From contig JBITNC010000001.1 of assembly GCA_050084985.1 (NCBI GenBank), forward strand, positions 198,400,001-198,464,000: DNA of 64,000 nt, written 5' to 3'. The DNA comes from Nageia nagi (taxonomy: Eukaryota; Plantae; Pinophyta). A program made the position numbers and the translations under genes. The notes below the pieces were generated by a model. The model saw nothing but the letters and a program-made list of their open reading frames with translations. It searched no databases and had not been told where the DNA came from. Of this stretch, positions 26,361 to 41,400 are shown piece after piece. Position 1 is the stretch's first letter. Each line of letters opens with the position of its first letter.

Positions 26361-29300
26361 ATTTTGTTTTCAAGACAATTCTCCACGAATATTGAAAAGC
26401 TTCCTTTACATTACCTATTCAAGAAAGATGCCTATTCCTTCCTTCTTACATAACTTATCTTCACCAACTTGTAAGGCATAATTACATAATTACTATCGCA
26501 TATTTTATACATAACATAATCATAGCATGAATACATAATTGAGTGTATATATTTTATAGCATATTATAACCTGAATGCAAAATATAATATACTTGCATAT
26601 TGATAATACTATTTTCCACATTCTAAAGTATCATCCTCTTGCTTATACAACTACATTAGTCATAGCATACATAACATGATCTTGTTGAACATATAATATT
26701 TTAACATTAATGTCTCATCATTTCTAATAAGCTTACATGATGAGGTTTGGGTATAACATAATACTCATGGTCAATACTATTGCAAACTTTCATAACAAGA
26801 CTTTGGTTCAACTAACCAAGCATTGTCAACATTATTGTGTATATCATGCTTGCATATTAAGGCTTGAGAACAACATATCATTAGATTGGTCATACTACTA
26901 CATTGTCCACATCGAACATTCATATCAATGTATGGAAAAACTACACAACAATATATAACAAAACTATTGTATTGTCCTTAGCATGTAGAGTAGTATATGA
27001 TGAAACTATTGTATTATCCATAGCTTACTTGTAAAATAATATATGGAAAAACTATTGTATTGTCCATGACATACTTGTAGATATAACTTACTATATCACT
27101 TCGTATTTGCTTCAACACTTGCAAGATACACATTTGCATATCATAATCATGGAAATACTATGACATTTTGTTTAAAAGTGAATGCACCTACTATTGTTAA
27201 CTATATCTATAAAGTTCTTTTTTATTTTTTATTTTTATAAAGTTGAATTCAAGGAATCATAACTCCAAACAATCCTAACATGAAAGAATCAGAAACTTTA
27301 TATGCATTCCCTTAGCTTAATAATTTGTTACTCTTGTAGAATTGAATGCTTCATTTAAATTGAGTATTAATAATATTTTCATCCAAAGAAAGATATATAT
27401 CCACTACCACACCTACAATTATTGCACAAACCTGGTATTCTTCAAAATTTTGCAAACCCATTTCAAGATACTTATTGAACACTTTTGTAATAGTCTAATC
27501 CTTATCTTTCATTTATTAGAGTTAAAAAATAATGGAAGGCGTGAAAAGGAAGAAACATTATGGAGATGAGAGTTTATAATATGGATAATATCTTATTGCT
27601 CTTTGGAAGAGACTTGCTTTGAATTTTACGTTAGAGGTAAATGAAGATTTGCATATAGTTAAATGTAATATGAGATCTAGTCATAAGTGTTTAAGAAGGC
27701 ATAAATGCTTGACTTACTTTATTTCCCCCCAAGCCTTTAAAACAATAGAATGGTATTATTGGGGTTTTGGGGTGCTTAATAATAAATATAATTTTATGAA
27801 AGGAAGAGAATGACTATTGGAGGACCATAGGAAAGCATAATATGATCATCCATTAAAATAAACCTAGTTGATTATTATGTTTTAATTATTAATCTAAGTG
27901 GCTAAGATGATAATCATGTTTATCTTTCTCATTTTTTGATTAATGATAAATGTATAATTCAAATATTTAATATTATGTTATTAGAGGTTAAAAGTAGATT
28001 GTAAAGTAAGATATTGTGGAATGGATTACGAAACCATGAGGGATTTCAAGCCATGTTAAGAGAGATGTAGTCCTTGAAGATAAACATAGAAAAAGGTTGT
28101 TTCTAGGACCATAGGAGTTCTTGGGTGCATGTTGAGCTTATGACACTAGTGCCATATTAGATTATTAGCCTTGACTATAAAATTGATGAGATGCAAGTAG
28201 GCATCATTAAAGAGAACCTTGATAAATGTGAACATTTATCTAAACTAAGGCATGATCACGAGAAGTTGGTCATTCCTAATCAAATAGGAACTAGGATGGT
28301 TGAGGACTTGTCTTACAACAATGCGTGGTGATCCATAATGAGGAGGCGATGTTAATACCAGTAATGGGGTTACAATCCATTATTGCCATACAATCACACA
28401 TCAATGTCATAGTAGTGACATTGATCTTGATGATTTCATGGGTAGATGGATTCATCAATCACCAAGGCATACATTATGTTACCATAAGGAAATAATAAGA
28501 AATGGTTCTTAGTATAGTATGTTAGGCAAAAGGATGTGCATGATTTTTTAAGTGTTACGGGCCTTAAAAATAACCCTAATAAATGCCATGACTAAATGTT
28601 CAATGTTATATATTTGAATGGAAAATGGGAAGGTTATTAATTTTGTGTCTTCCAACGAATCATGTTAGGAAGTGAACCTTGGACATTGAGAAGGTTGATC
28701 ACCTTCTGACCCCTTGGATGGTTATTTGCAATGACAATGAACCAAGTGGATATGACTAATTAGTTGTTATATGTTTAGGTTCTTGAACTTACATGTATTT
28801 TATCTATTAAAACAAAACAAAAAAATGTGTTCTCTCCCAAGGTCAAGAAAGAGGGTTATGGAACTTTGTAAACATCACCAATAGCTCAAAGCAAGAAATT
28901 GCAAAGAAGGATCTAATTGTAGAAAGATTAAGAAATGGTAAAATGGAAGAACATGTCAATATGCAAACGAAAGGTTCAACAAAGAAGAGGCATGACAAAG
29001 GCCTCAAAAAAAAAGCAAAGACTAAGTTATGTAAAATGCTCTTATTGTGAATGCCTAGGACAAGAAGCCCTAAGAAATTCCAATAACTCGAATTATGGAT
29101 CCTCAAGTTTAGGAGCAGATAAAGGAATGTTAGACAACAATGAGAGAAGCATTAGGACAAGAGCATTTTGACGAAGATATCGATCTGTACAAAGAACTAC
29201 CAAAGGCTATAGGAGTCAAGATGAAGACAAGAAAGGACAACAAAGATAAGAATAAGCTCAAAAGGGAAGGAGGAAATCTTAGAGTGATTTTCTAAAATAA

Positions 29301-29815
29301 AAGCCCTTCAGGCTATTTCTCCCAACAAAAGATACAGGAAATGACTAGCTTTGTAATGGCTTTTGTAAATGATCATGGATTATAACAATTACTAAGTTGT
29401 TGGTAGATAATAACTTTTCTAATGAATTTTGGCTACTAAGTGAACTATATTGAATTTTTTATACAAGTTTTGGAACATTGTATAAATAACCCCTTTTTTA
29501 CCATTACAAAAAAATGCTACCATAGATATTTCTCTTATAAAAGGCCATAAGAGGAAGCCATGAGAAACATCTAAATTATGTTTTAAGTTCACTCATTTTG
29601 GAGGTTTTCCCATAGAAGAGACCTATAAAATACAAAGCAAAGTGTTATTTTTCGATTATTTTATTTTGCATTTGAATGTCTCCTTTTCTATATTTATACA
29701 ATGTGATACATTGTTAATGTTTTTATTAACAATATTTATCTTCCATGCAAAGTTTAGATTCTCGATCGAATACCACATCATTTAGCAAGTCTATACTTGT
29801 AGCTTCACATGAATC

Positions 29816-32800
29816 TGTAAAGCCCACTCTTAGGTTTGCAAATCCAAATTCTATTAACTCCAAAATTCATGTATTACATCAATACAACATTCATAAATAG
29901 ACGAAAAAGTGGCTTATCACTTCCCCTTCCTCAAGAGACTCTTTAACTGCCTAAAGACTTTACAACTTCATCTTACTATGACCTTTGGAATTCCTCCAAC
30001 ACACAAATCCGAAAATACATAAATATAAAATACTTTCTCACACCTACACACTTATAACACCTAAATCTAATTATTTACATTCAAATTTAATCCCTAAGGA
30101 TTAGGTTTCCAACATCCCCCCTTAATCCGAAAGGGATTAAGAAAGAAATAAAAAGATGTCCCTCAAGGTGTGTAGAACATTCTTCAATAGCAAAAAAAAT
30201 AAGCAATCTCTTCAAAAGATCCACCTCAAGGATTAAGCCCAAGTTCCTCCCCTTAATCTGAAGGGGTAAATTACAATCTAAGTACTCATAAGTTCCACTA
30301 TTACAATCTGCAAAGATGGCAAGAGCATAATCAAAAACATTGTCATCATAGGCCGCCTTATTTTTATTATGCTCCCTTTTTTCTTTAATCTTTTCCTATG
30401 GTGCCCAACAAATTTTGGCATTATGACCTTATTGCTCACAACGATCACGAAAAGAAATAGTTTTCTCATTTTGATTTTGTGTATTCCCCTTTTCTTTCCT
30501 CTTTGCTTTTCCTTTTGAGCTACCTTCTTCTTTAGGAGAATCTTGAGAACTATTCTTTCACTTTTAAGCAATACAAAGAGTTTCACTATCCAACTCCTTT
30601 CTAAAAGCCTTTTCACATTCAACAATTTTTCCAACCAAAAGATCAAATGTAAGAGACTTCAAATTACCATTGGCTTAAAGTGATTCAAGATAGTGGAATA
30701 GGTAGGATAAAGAGCTTTGATGTAAGCCGTGAGAGCAATATCAACTTTGACACCCGAAGCATTAAGACCATGCATAATAGCTTTAATTTCCCAAGCAAGA
30801 GCCATGGGATCACTATCCTTCAACTCAAGGTTGAAGAGCTTCAATTGAAGTTGGATAAATTCCAACTCGAAGTATCATACAAGTCCTTCAATTTCTTTAA
30901 AGCTTTCCAAGCATCACTTGCAACGAACTTGATGTGGCGGCTAACTTCTTCACTCATCAAAGAAATTAAGGCATAAGTTTTCTTGTTCTTTACATTCCAT
31001 ATTGGAAGCTCCTTTGCCTACATTGAATTAGTAGGAGGATTGTCACCATCACAAACACCATCCCAGAAATCATTGAAAATGAGATTGTTTGTAATTTTTC
31101 TGTCATACTTCCCAATTGTCCTTTCCAGTCAAAACAACTCCAATAATGGAAACAAGGGAATGCATGGTTATGAGAAGAAAAAAATAAATTCCTTCTAAAA
31201 AGGTGTGGTCATGAAAAATGGACAACTTAGTGTTAGCAGTTAAAATAGTGTCCTTCAAAAGTTTTAAAAAAATTATTTAGTAAAAATAACTATTTAAATA
31301 TTAGTAGTTTCAAATATTTAAATATATATAAAAAATTAAATATTTAAATTTATAAAAGATTTACCAAATAAAATTATATGGCTAGCGATAAAACAAGTGG
31401 GACTGGACATGTGCATGGTGGTCAGGAATAGGCTTGGTGAGCTGGTCCACGTAGGGTCTGGGATGAAAACTCAGCAAGCACAGTTACAACGTACACACGA
31501 ACAGGAATTTTATGACAAGATGCATGAGTAGACAATTTTCAACTAACACTAGGAATACCATAAACAACAGGAGCACCACAAATTCGGTAGGCACGTGCAA
31601 GAAATGTTACAATGCTCAATCATAATTGAGAGTAACGTTCACACAACAAGTCTTTCACAGATCCAAAATGAACTCCTCACAAACTAGCAGAGGCACGCAA
31701 GAATTTTATATTGTTTAACACAATGTAGGATGCAAATAATGATAGACAGTTTCAATGCACAACACTACGAATGGATGTCAGAAGTACATCTATCATTGAA
31801 CAAGGAATGAACTTCTTCATGAGATTCCCTTGCTGATGAATACAAGAGCATTATGGACGAATTCAGTAGGTAGAAATGTACAACAAAACAATGCCAAACG
31901 TAGTCTTCACCATAAGCAAGAACTCCACAAGGCTGAGAACAATCTTGAATCCACAACAAACATGCACCCAAAATACACCAACAAAGGGAACGAAGTTGAA
32001 CAGAGCAGATCACATAGAAACAAAACACATAGAAGCACGCGGATACACCACACCAACTACACCTTCTCATGCAATCTTATTAAATAAATGCCCACCAAAA
32101 ATAAACAACAAAAGCACCACTTCGCACAACCAAACCCAGCAAATGAAACAAGAATACACTGCCAAGTAATTAAATGCAGCCATCAAACAACTTTCTACCT
32201 CCTTAGCAACAACAATCCATAGATTCTTACTGAAATTTCTTCACAGATCTGGCATGAAACAACCAACTCTATTGCATGGAAAGAAGGGCTGATCTACAAC
32301 TTAGGTTGAGATGGCATTGCTATTAGAACACTAGCCATAAAAACAACCTAACATCTATCACTAAAAAACACATACAACAGAAAGAATAATAATAGTTTAA
32401 CCCATGAAGAAAAACATTGAAAAACCCTATGAACAACAAAAGAAACAAACATTAGCAGCCTCTAAAAACTTGAATGTAAGAATTTAATAGAAATGGGTAT
32501 CCAAAACATTTCACAAAATTGAAAATAGATAACCATACTAAAAGTTATGTACAAAATGGAAGATTTGAGTCTACTCGAATTTGCAAGAAGAAACTCACAT
32601 GGGAAGCCAAAAATGCACCAAGCTCTGATACCACTGTAAGGCTCACTCTTAGATTTGCAAATTCAAATTCTATTAACTCCAAAATTTATGTGTTACATCA
32701 ATACAACATTCATAAAGAGAGGAAAAAATGACTTATCACTTCACCTTCCTCAAGAGACTCTTTAACTGTCTAAAGACTCCAACTTCATTTTACTATGACC

Positions 32801-32932
32801 TTTGGAATTACTCCAACACACAAATCCGAAAATACATAAATATAAAATACTTTCTCACACATACACACTTATAACACCTAAAATCTAATTATTTACATTC
32901 AACTTTAATCCCTAAGGATTAGATTTCCAAAA
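29816..32932 (-). mobile_element. Complete non-autonomous gag-only Ty1/copia derivative (TR-GAG-like), 3117 bp
   Basis: Direct ~299 bp LTRs at 29816-30114 and 32635-32932. TSD GAATC at 29811-29815 and 32933-32937. Met PBS (plus-strand GCTCTGATACCA) at 32622-32633. PPT at 30115-30126. Gag remnant only. Confidence 0.93.
30278..31100 (-). pseudogene. Copia gag remnant
   Basis: ORF 30659-30865 (IQLQLKLFNLELKDSDPMALA...). Upstream by manual reading, AYALISLMSEEVSRHI and AWKALKKLKDLYDT, which match copia gag. Frameshifted; no pol. Confidence 0.8.
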
Positions 32933-34543
32933 GAATCAACATCAATGCAAATCCCAAGAACCACAAATTCAAAGTTTTAGAAGTGGTTGAAGGGTCATCA
33001 CACCCTAATGTTCATGGGAAACTAATCCTAATCAATAAGACCAAAGCATTCAAATACAATTGCAAATTATATCAAAATCATTTCATATTCGAACACAATG
33101 GAAAGCGAAAAGGATTTGAATGCAATGAATGTTGAAGTGGAAGTACAAGAAATTAGGCAAATCTCTCCCATCAACTACTCAATAAATAAAGATAATAAAT
33201 GCAAAATCTACAAAAGGAAATACATTAAGAGACTCACAAGTAGATGCAAGAAATAAAAATAAAGATAAGTCTTCATTTATTCTAATCTTTCACAAGTGCC
33301 ACTACTAATAACATCAATAAAAATTATAGAGCTAAAAAATTGTTGAGATTGAGGACTATTAATGGCACCTTCACCAATTTAAGAAAGAGATAATTCTAAT
33401 GAGAAAACTCAAGTCAATGACCACATATGCTTTCCAAGGATGTTTGGGTGACCCTAGTTGTCATCCAACTCAACTCCTCAACCATGAGAAAGACTACCCT
33501 CAATTGTTGTTGTGATGGAGCAAAAGGGGGCATATGTCCAACAAGGAACAATGTGAAGGACTAGAACATGGAATTGAAGCAAATTGAGGGAGAAGCAAAT
33601 AGGAATGCGGAGCAAAATCTTATCGTTATGGAGTTTTATGAAGTGTTCTTGTGTGCACCTCTATTTGGAGTATGCTAGTTAAGTTGTTTATGCGTCTTTT
33701 TTTTTTTCTTTGTTTCAAAACAACCTATAGGTAGTTCAGTACTATGGTTATTAAATATCCAACCATTAACATGTAACCATTTGCCTTTGTGAAATGTTTT
33801 CACACCAAGTGTTTTGTGCATCATCTTTTCTTGTAATTGAAGTTTTTTTTAGTCTTTTATAAAAGAAAATCTCTACGAATATGTAAAATTTTGAACTAAA
33901 AAAAAAAGGTTAATATAGTGAATCAATAAATAATTCTAAACCCAAACAGTTAACGGAAAAACTAAACTTTTCCTACAATATGTTATATCGAAGAAAACAA
34001 GGGGAGTAGTGGAGGTATTATGTTGGCTTCTTCAAGCAAACAAGAATCTATTATATTTTATGAAGAGTTTGTTGGCTTCTAAAGCAGTAACACCTTATAA
34101 TCCATAGAATATGGCCCTTGCATGGAAACTGATTTTGCTAGTGATGTTGAAATCAAATGAAGTGTCATTATTTACTTTACACTTACCATTGTCATTGAAT
34201 TCTTCTTACAAAATTGTTAAAACTTATCATATTGTAGAATTATCAAGACTTTATGACATATTGTAGGAAAAGAAAATTGATGGAATGATAATGCAATTAA
34301 TTACAGTGATGTATTCAATATATAAATTTTATTTCATCATTTTTTACAATTTCCAATCAATTATTTGAAGTAGTGAAAATTAAGGTTCTGAAAGGTTTAA
34401 GAGATAAAAGTAACAAATACTGCCTCTCGCAAAACATATTTGGATACACTATTCATATTTGTTAAGATGTACAAGATAAATAAAATCCAAAAATATTAGA
34501 TGCACATTCTCACTAAGCAACCAAGTATGCACATGAACACTTT

Positions 34544-34669
<126 letters not shown>

Positions 34670-35779
34670 TCAGATATTATATGGTTTAATAGAATAATAA
34701 ATTACTCCTCGTATATATTATACAATTTTCTTTGGCACAACAAAATGGTTTTAATACATTCATGTTAAATATTATGAGTGTGTATGATTTAAATTTGAGA
34801 ATGATTTTCTTTTTAAATCAAGGAGTTTCTTCTACAAGAGTAAATAGCATACATATCTTTATCTAGTGTAGACAATGATTTACATGTTTTCTCAACATAT
34901 TTATGTTTGGAAAAAATATTTTGTTTAGATGCAACATAGAATAAATCATTGAAACAAATATTTGTCAACAAAATAAAAAACATGCAAATTAAATTCTAGA
35001 ATTAAGTAAAAAAGAAACAAATCTAAAATTATTTGTTCGGCCATGTAGGGGGGACAAAAACTTTCCAAAAATCCTCGCAAACTTTTAGAAAGAGCAAAAA
35101 AGAAAACCGATCTACATATGAATTTTTGAGAGATATGATATGAAATGGATTGATGTAATACACATTTGTATGATTGTATCCACTTAATTTTTGCTAATAT
35201 AAAGCAACTTTTTATGTAGTTGAACACTTTTCAAGATTTTGGTGACCTGATTTCTTCCTTTATCTTCTAAGTTCTAAAACTAGGAATGTTTTAGCTTGTC
35301 ACAAGTAAACAGTCAACCAAAAAAAAATTTAATAAGCATTACAAGGAGATAAAACACCAAACAATGGCTCGTATAGATTCAAGTTTCAACTAACACCTCA
35401 CAAGGATAAAACTTTAGCATGTGCCTTTATGTAAACAACTTGAGCAAGCAATGATCAAGGGGGATGAATGATCTTTAAGAAAGCCTTCAAGGGAGGAAAA
35501 AGGAAGAGAAAATAAAGCAAGTCAAATATTAGTAGTGTCTTTTCTCCTTGTTCAATGAGTACCATTGATGTCTAATAAAGTGTAATGAAGTCATGTAGAA
35601 AGTTGAGTAAAATAGTAAAAGGTTTAGAAACATGTATCAATACGACTTTCGTTTGCATTATATGAATCACATAATACAATTGATCAAATGCTTCAAGTTT
35701 AATCCATATATACTATTTTTTATGACATTCTCATAAACTTCAACAATATGGCATCTTCCTCAATATTCAAGTCTTTACA

Positions 35780-36270
35780 AGGGAGATCCTTTGGATGGGA
35801 GTGCAATGGAAGGTATAAAATGGTTCCTTTATTAACTTTTGGGAGGTGTCTGGCTTGATAATATCCCACTAGCTATTGAAAGAACTTTCTTTTAAATTTA
35901 AAAGAGGAACTAGAAGAGAGTTATGGGAAAAAGGTAATTGATTATATGCTCTTCAAGAACAACTGGTGGAGGTGGAAAGATTTAGAGACAACCACAGAAA
36001 AGTTTGGAGTTCTAAATGTCCTAAAAGCTTAGTTGAAAGCTTATTACTTAGGATCAGAGAGGCATAGGGATTTAGTGATTTGAGTAGAATAGAGAATGGT
36101 GAGTTTAGTATTAAGACAACTTGGATACACCAAAAGTTAATGTGGCCAAGTAACTTTCCTTGGTTGACCATAAAAAACAAGAGAGGAAGCTCTAAAAGTA
36201 TTCAAACTTTCCACTGTCAAGATATTTGGGGAAGCCATCTACAATTTGCCCTTTTATGGAAATGAAGCGA
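35780..36270 (+). mobile_element. Possible degenerate LINE (L1) ORF2 3' fragment (zf-RVT region)
   Basis: Weak motifs WKDL, NGEFSIKT, FPWLT and ICPFY, in the order typical of plant L1 C-termini; heavily decayed. Confidence 0.35.
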
Positions 36271-36299
36271 AGTTGAATGCTGTGTAAAAAAAAATGACC

Positions 36300-37454
36300 C
36301 GAATGAAATGCACCTGTATCTAAATGTGTTTGGTTCGCTCATGAAAAATAAGATTTCAAACCAGTTTCAATAAACCCTAATTGTCGCAATCCAGAATAGT
36401 CAGTTATTTATATGGTATCTCAATATATGTCAAAATGCGACATAACCATATTGCCTCACAAACAACATCTGCAACAACATGGTATTCCAACTTTGTGGTA
36501 GACTTGAATGTGATACTTTGTTTCTTACTAGCCAATGAAATTGATCCAAATCCAAGGAAGAACACATATCCTGTCGTCGATCTCTTATCATCCAAGGATC
36601 CTCCATAATCTACAATTGTGTATCCAATCTTGATGAACTTATCGTTCTTCTTGTGCTCTAGGCTATAACTATTAGTGTCATTGATGTATCTTAGAACATG
36701 TTTTACCATGGTCTAGTGGGCTTTCTTTGGTTCATGCATAAATCGTGAAAGATAGCTAATGACATAGAAAATATCCAACCTAGTGCATGCAAGGTAAATT
36801 GACCCTCCAATCAATTGACGGTAGATAGTTAGATTTACCAATGGAGAACTATCATGACATGACAAATTTAAACCATGTTCAATTGGCATGTACATTGGTT
36901 GGCTTCTAACATACTTTTGGTGTACTTTATTTATTAAACACATATTTCGTCTTGCATTCGCAAACCTCCACTCCAAGGCAATAGTGAAGTAAGCCAAGTT
37001 CGGTCATGTTGAATAATCTTTCGAGGTCATATTTGCAAGATGTGATCAACTCCTCAGTACTGCCTATGATAACCAAATCATCGACATATATTACAACAAT
37101 GACAATCTCCTCCCCCCATGTTGTCGAAGGTAGGGGTTAGGATCATACGAACTCCTATTGAAGCCATGTTGTAGTAAGTGTTTGTCAATTTTGATATACC
37201 AAGCTCTTCAAGCCTGTTTCAAGCCATACAAAGACTTGATCAATCTACACACTTTTCCTTTGTCTAGATCAATAACAAACCCTTCAAATTGTTGCATGTA
37301 GACTTCTTTTTCTAAGTCTCCATTCAGAGAAGGTGCTCTTCACATCCATCTAATGGACTTTCTAGCCAAATTATGCAACCATTGCAAAGAAAATTATGAT
37401 GGTCTTTATCTTGGTTGTGGGAGAAAATGTCTCGTCATAGTCAATACCTTCCTT
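36300..37454 (-). pseudogene. Ty1/copia element 3: RT-RH fragment, cut within RT by chromovirus A
   Basis: KEGIDYDETFSP at the 37454 junction; IKSLYGLKQA; VIYVDDLVI; YRQLIGGSIYLACTRLDI; DKRSTTGYVFFLG...SKKQ. Confidence 0.92.
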
Positions 37455-38431
37455 TGTAATATCCCCAAATTAAAATATACAAACCCTAGTTGAAATATTA
37501 TGAATTTAGCATATAAAAAATTTTATCTATGCAATTAATATTATGATCTATCAATTAACCCAGAAATTGCACCAAAACCCACAAAATGGCATAGATCTAG
37601 TCATATAAATTTTATTAAATTTTGTTGCAAGTACAAAATGGATAGATCAACCAAAATCCATCACAAATAAACCACCAAAATGCACCATAATAAAGCCCTA
37701 AGCTGGATGTTTCACCCTACTAGCTGAATCTTACTGAAAATGTGCTCAAAATAGCTCCAAATAACCTCCACAAAATGGATGATCCTCTTAGCAGGGAAGA
37801 AACCCTCAAAATTGGAAAAGAACTCTTTTTCAAGTGGGGATGAATCTGTCTTGGATAGGATGCATCAGATATAGCAGTGAAAATCCAACATGCAATGCTC
37901 CTACTCAAGGTTGGTCTCCTCAAGTAGATCACCTAGAGGTCAACCTTCGTCCAAGTGCCCACTCCTATAGCTAGTTGTCTACAAGAGAAATTAGAGTACT
38001 TGTTGTTGCAATAATATTCCAAGGTTTTCAAGTTCAATCACTAGGCATGAGAAACCCTAAAGTAATGTGTCTTCCTCTCATCTATGTGAATGATCTCTTT
38101 TAGGGTTACATGATTCAATCCCTAAATCCAACATTCCACATTGGAGGGTTAATCTCCTCCCTTAGATGCCAATGTTCCACTTGAGGAAGATCCACCATAA
38201 CTTAAAAGACATTTTAGTCACATACTGAATAAATCACTAATGTTGGTTATATATTAAAATGCCTAATCTTTATTTAAAACACTTCTAAATACTTACTAAC
38301 TCCTCAAATATACTTTATTAAAAATAAAGCTTTACTATATATTAATAAAATAGGACGTCCTATTCTATTAGCCAAAATCCCATCATTAAAATATATTGGA
38401 GGAAATGGGACCCAATATTGGAGATATTACA
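37455..38431 (-). repeat. 3' LTR of chromovirus A (977 bp)
   Basis: Perfect 9 bp inverted termini TGTAATATC...GATATTACA. PPT (plus-strand TCCTTCCCTCCC) abuts at ~38434-38445. Confidence 0.9.
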
Positions 38432-41400
38432 AGTCCTTCCCTCCCAAATTGCTTATCCCCAAGCAATTCAGGGCTAGATGTTGAAGGATATCTGGTCCTT
38501 CCCAAGTAGCATCATCCATAGGAAAATCATTCCATTTGATAAGATATTCACTGATTACTTTGTTTCTCAGCTTTTCCTCTCTTCTACCTAAGATAATTTC
38601 AAATACCAAAATTAATTTCCCCTCATCATCAAGTGGTGGCAACATTTGTGAAGGTGTAACATGTCCAACTTTCTTCAAGCAAGAGACATGAAAATTATTG
38701 TGAATTTTACTGTTTGAAGGTAGTTCCAACTCATAGGCCACTTCCCTTACCTTCTTTAGTACCTTGTAATGGCCATAAAAACTTGATTGCAACTTTTTAG
38801 CTCCACTTCTTTTCAATGTGGACTACCTATAGGGTTGTAGACACAAATACACCATGTCTCCAACCTCAAAAGTGCATTCAGAGTCCTATTCTGGTCAACA
38901 TATGTTTTTCGTTGATTTTATGCAATATGAATGTTATCCTTCAATGCTTTCAGGATATTTTGACTTTCTTGCACAAAATCCTTGGCCTTTGGCACCGTAC
39001 TATCACCTAACAACTAGCCAATCAAATTAGGACCATCATACCCATATAAAGGTTTGAATGGAGATATTTTAATAGCCATATAGCCATATGATAGGAAGAA
39101 TTATAACATAATTCTCCCAAGTGTAGCCACTTAATCCATGCATTTTGCTGCCCTGAGACATAATTTCTTAGGTATCTCTCCATGGATATATTGACAATTT
39201 TTGTTTGGCCATCTATTTGTGGGTGGTAGCTAGTGCTTGAGGTCAATGTTGTGCCACACAATTTGAATCATTCCTACCAAAACATGCTCATAAACTTGTT
39301 GTCCCTATCACTCAATATATTTTGGCAAACAATGAAGTCTAAACACCTCCTCAAAGAAAACTTTGCCAGTTGTATTGTTGTATAAGTAATTGAAATAGCA
39401 TAGAAGTGTGTAAATTTTGTCAATTTGTCCATTACTACATAAATGCAATCCTTACCTTGTACCTTTGGCAAGTTAGTGATGAAATCCATTGATACACTCC
39501 CATTTTTATTGGGAATGGGTAATGGTTGTAGCAGACCAGCTGACAATGTGTTTCATGTCTTGTTTTCTTGGCAAGTGGTACACTCCCTTACATGCCTAAG
39601 AACATCTACCTTTAGTCCTTTCCACTTAAATCTCTCTCGCAACTTCCTATAAGTCTTAAAAAACCCCGAGTGACCAGCCATAGGTGTGGTGTGCATGGTT
39701 GCAATTAATTCCTCTTTTAACTTTGAATTTGGTACAATAAAAATTTTATTTTTTTTTATAGAAAATCAACCCTTCCTTCATATTGTACCTATCATCCGTC
39801 AAGTGGTCATCTAGAATCTTATATGCAAAATTATCCTTTACATACTTAGCCATGATTTTTACCTTCCAATCAATAGTAATAATGGAAACAAAGTGGAATG
39901 TGGGTGTCCTAGACAATGCATTAGTTGTATTTTTCTTTCCCTTAACAAATTCAATCTCAAAATCAAAGGCTTGCAACTTAGTGACTCATTTATGTTGTTT
40001 ATCAGTAAGATCACGCTATCCTAGGAAATATTTAAGACTTATGGTTAGTTCTTACCACAAACTTACCACCAATAAAATATTGGTTGAACTTGGACAATGT
40101 GCATAATGGCAAGCATTTCTTTGTTCTTTTTGCAAAAGTACAACCCCTATTCCCACACTTGAAGCATCACAATCAATGGTAAATGGTAACGAAAAATCAG
40201 GCATAGTAGTGGACAAGTAGCAATATCCCCTTCAAAGTCTCATAAGCTTTTGAGCTTTTTCATTCCATGTAAATGCCCCCTTCTTGCTCAAATATGTCAA
40301 AGGAGCTACCAATACTGAAAACCCTTTAATAAATCTTATATAATAGTTGCAAAGTCCAACAAATCCCCTTAATTGAGTTAGTGTGGTGGGTATAGGCCGA
40401 CTTTGTATTGTTGCAACTTCTTGTGAGTCCATTTGTACTCCCTTATGGTTGATTATGTGTCCCATATACAAAATATATGTCATACCAAATTCACATTTGG
40501 ATTTTTTAGCATAAAACTGTTGTTGTTTCAAAATGTTCAAAGCACAATCCAAGTGTTTAAGGTCTTCCTCCAATGAATTGTTGTAAATAAGTATGTCATC
40601 AAAGAATACAAGCGCAAAAACTCTTAAATGCTCTCTAAAAATATGATTCATAGTTGCTTGAAATGTGGCAGGAGCATTTGTCAAATCAAAAAGCATTACC
40701 AAAAATTCAAAATGACCAAAATGACACCTAAAAGTTGTCTTATGAACATCCTCATCTCTCATTCTGATATGATGGTAATTGGATCTCAAATCAATCTTAG
40801 AGAAATACATAGCTCCATGTAATTTGATGAGCTCATCCACCCTAGGAATTGGTTTTCTTATTAAGGACTCTATAATCTATACATATCCACAATGCACCAT
40901 CTTTCATTTTAACCAACACTATTGATGATGCAAATGGTCTAGTGCTTGGATAGATATGTCCCATATCTAAGAGTTTTTTTTAATTGTTTTCTCTATTTCA
41001 TCCTTGTATACTCTTGGATTCCTATAGGGAGTGATCATTACTGGTTTTGTTCCTGGTTCTAATTCACTAACATGCTGAAATCCTCTTTTGGGTGGTAAAC
41101 CTCTTGTTATATCCTCAAAAACCTTACTATGCTTATATAACACAATCTGAATTTCAGGATGATAAGAAACATGCCTACTAGATGAATATGGCATAACTTT
41201 AAACATGAAGATACAAGCAACGCAAATTATGTCATTTTTCTTGAAAATCCTCTCTATTCTATAAGCTAAAACTTGTTGAGGATAAGGATATTTCATACCT
41301 CTTAGCAGCACATCACGCCCGTTGAACTTGAATTTGAATTCAAGTGTCTTGTAATTTGTGTGAATTCCACCCAAAGAGTACATCCATTATACTCCTAAAA

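Noticed and set aside
27300-29810. Possible highly decayed gypsy 3' region and LTR
   Set aside because: Only a faint KCYGP-like motif (~28550) and a TATA-like site; no termini or domains could be supported.
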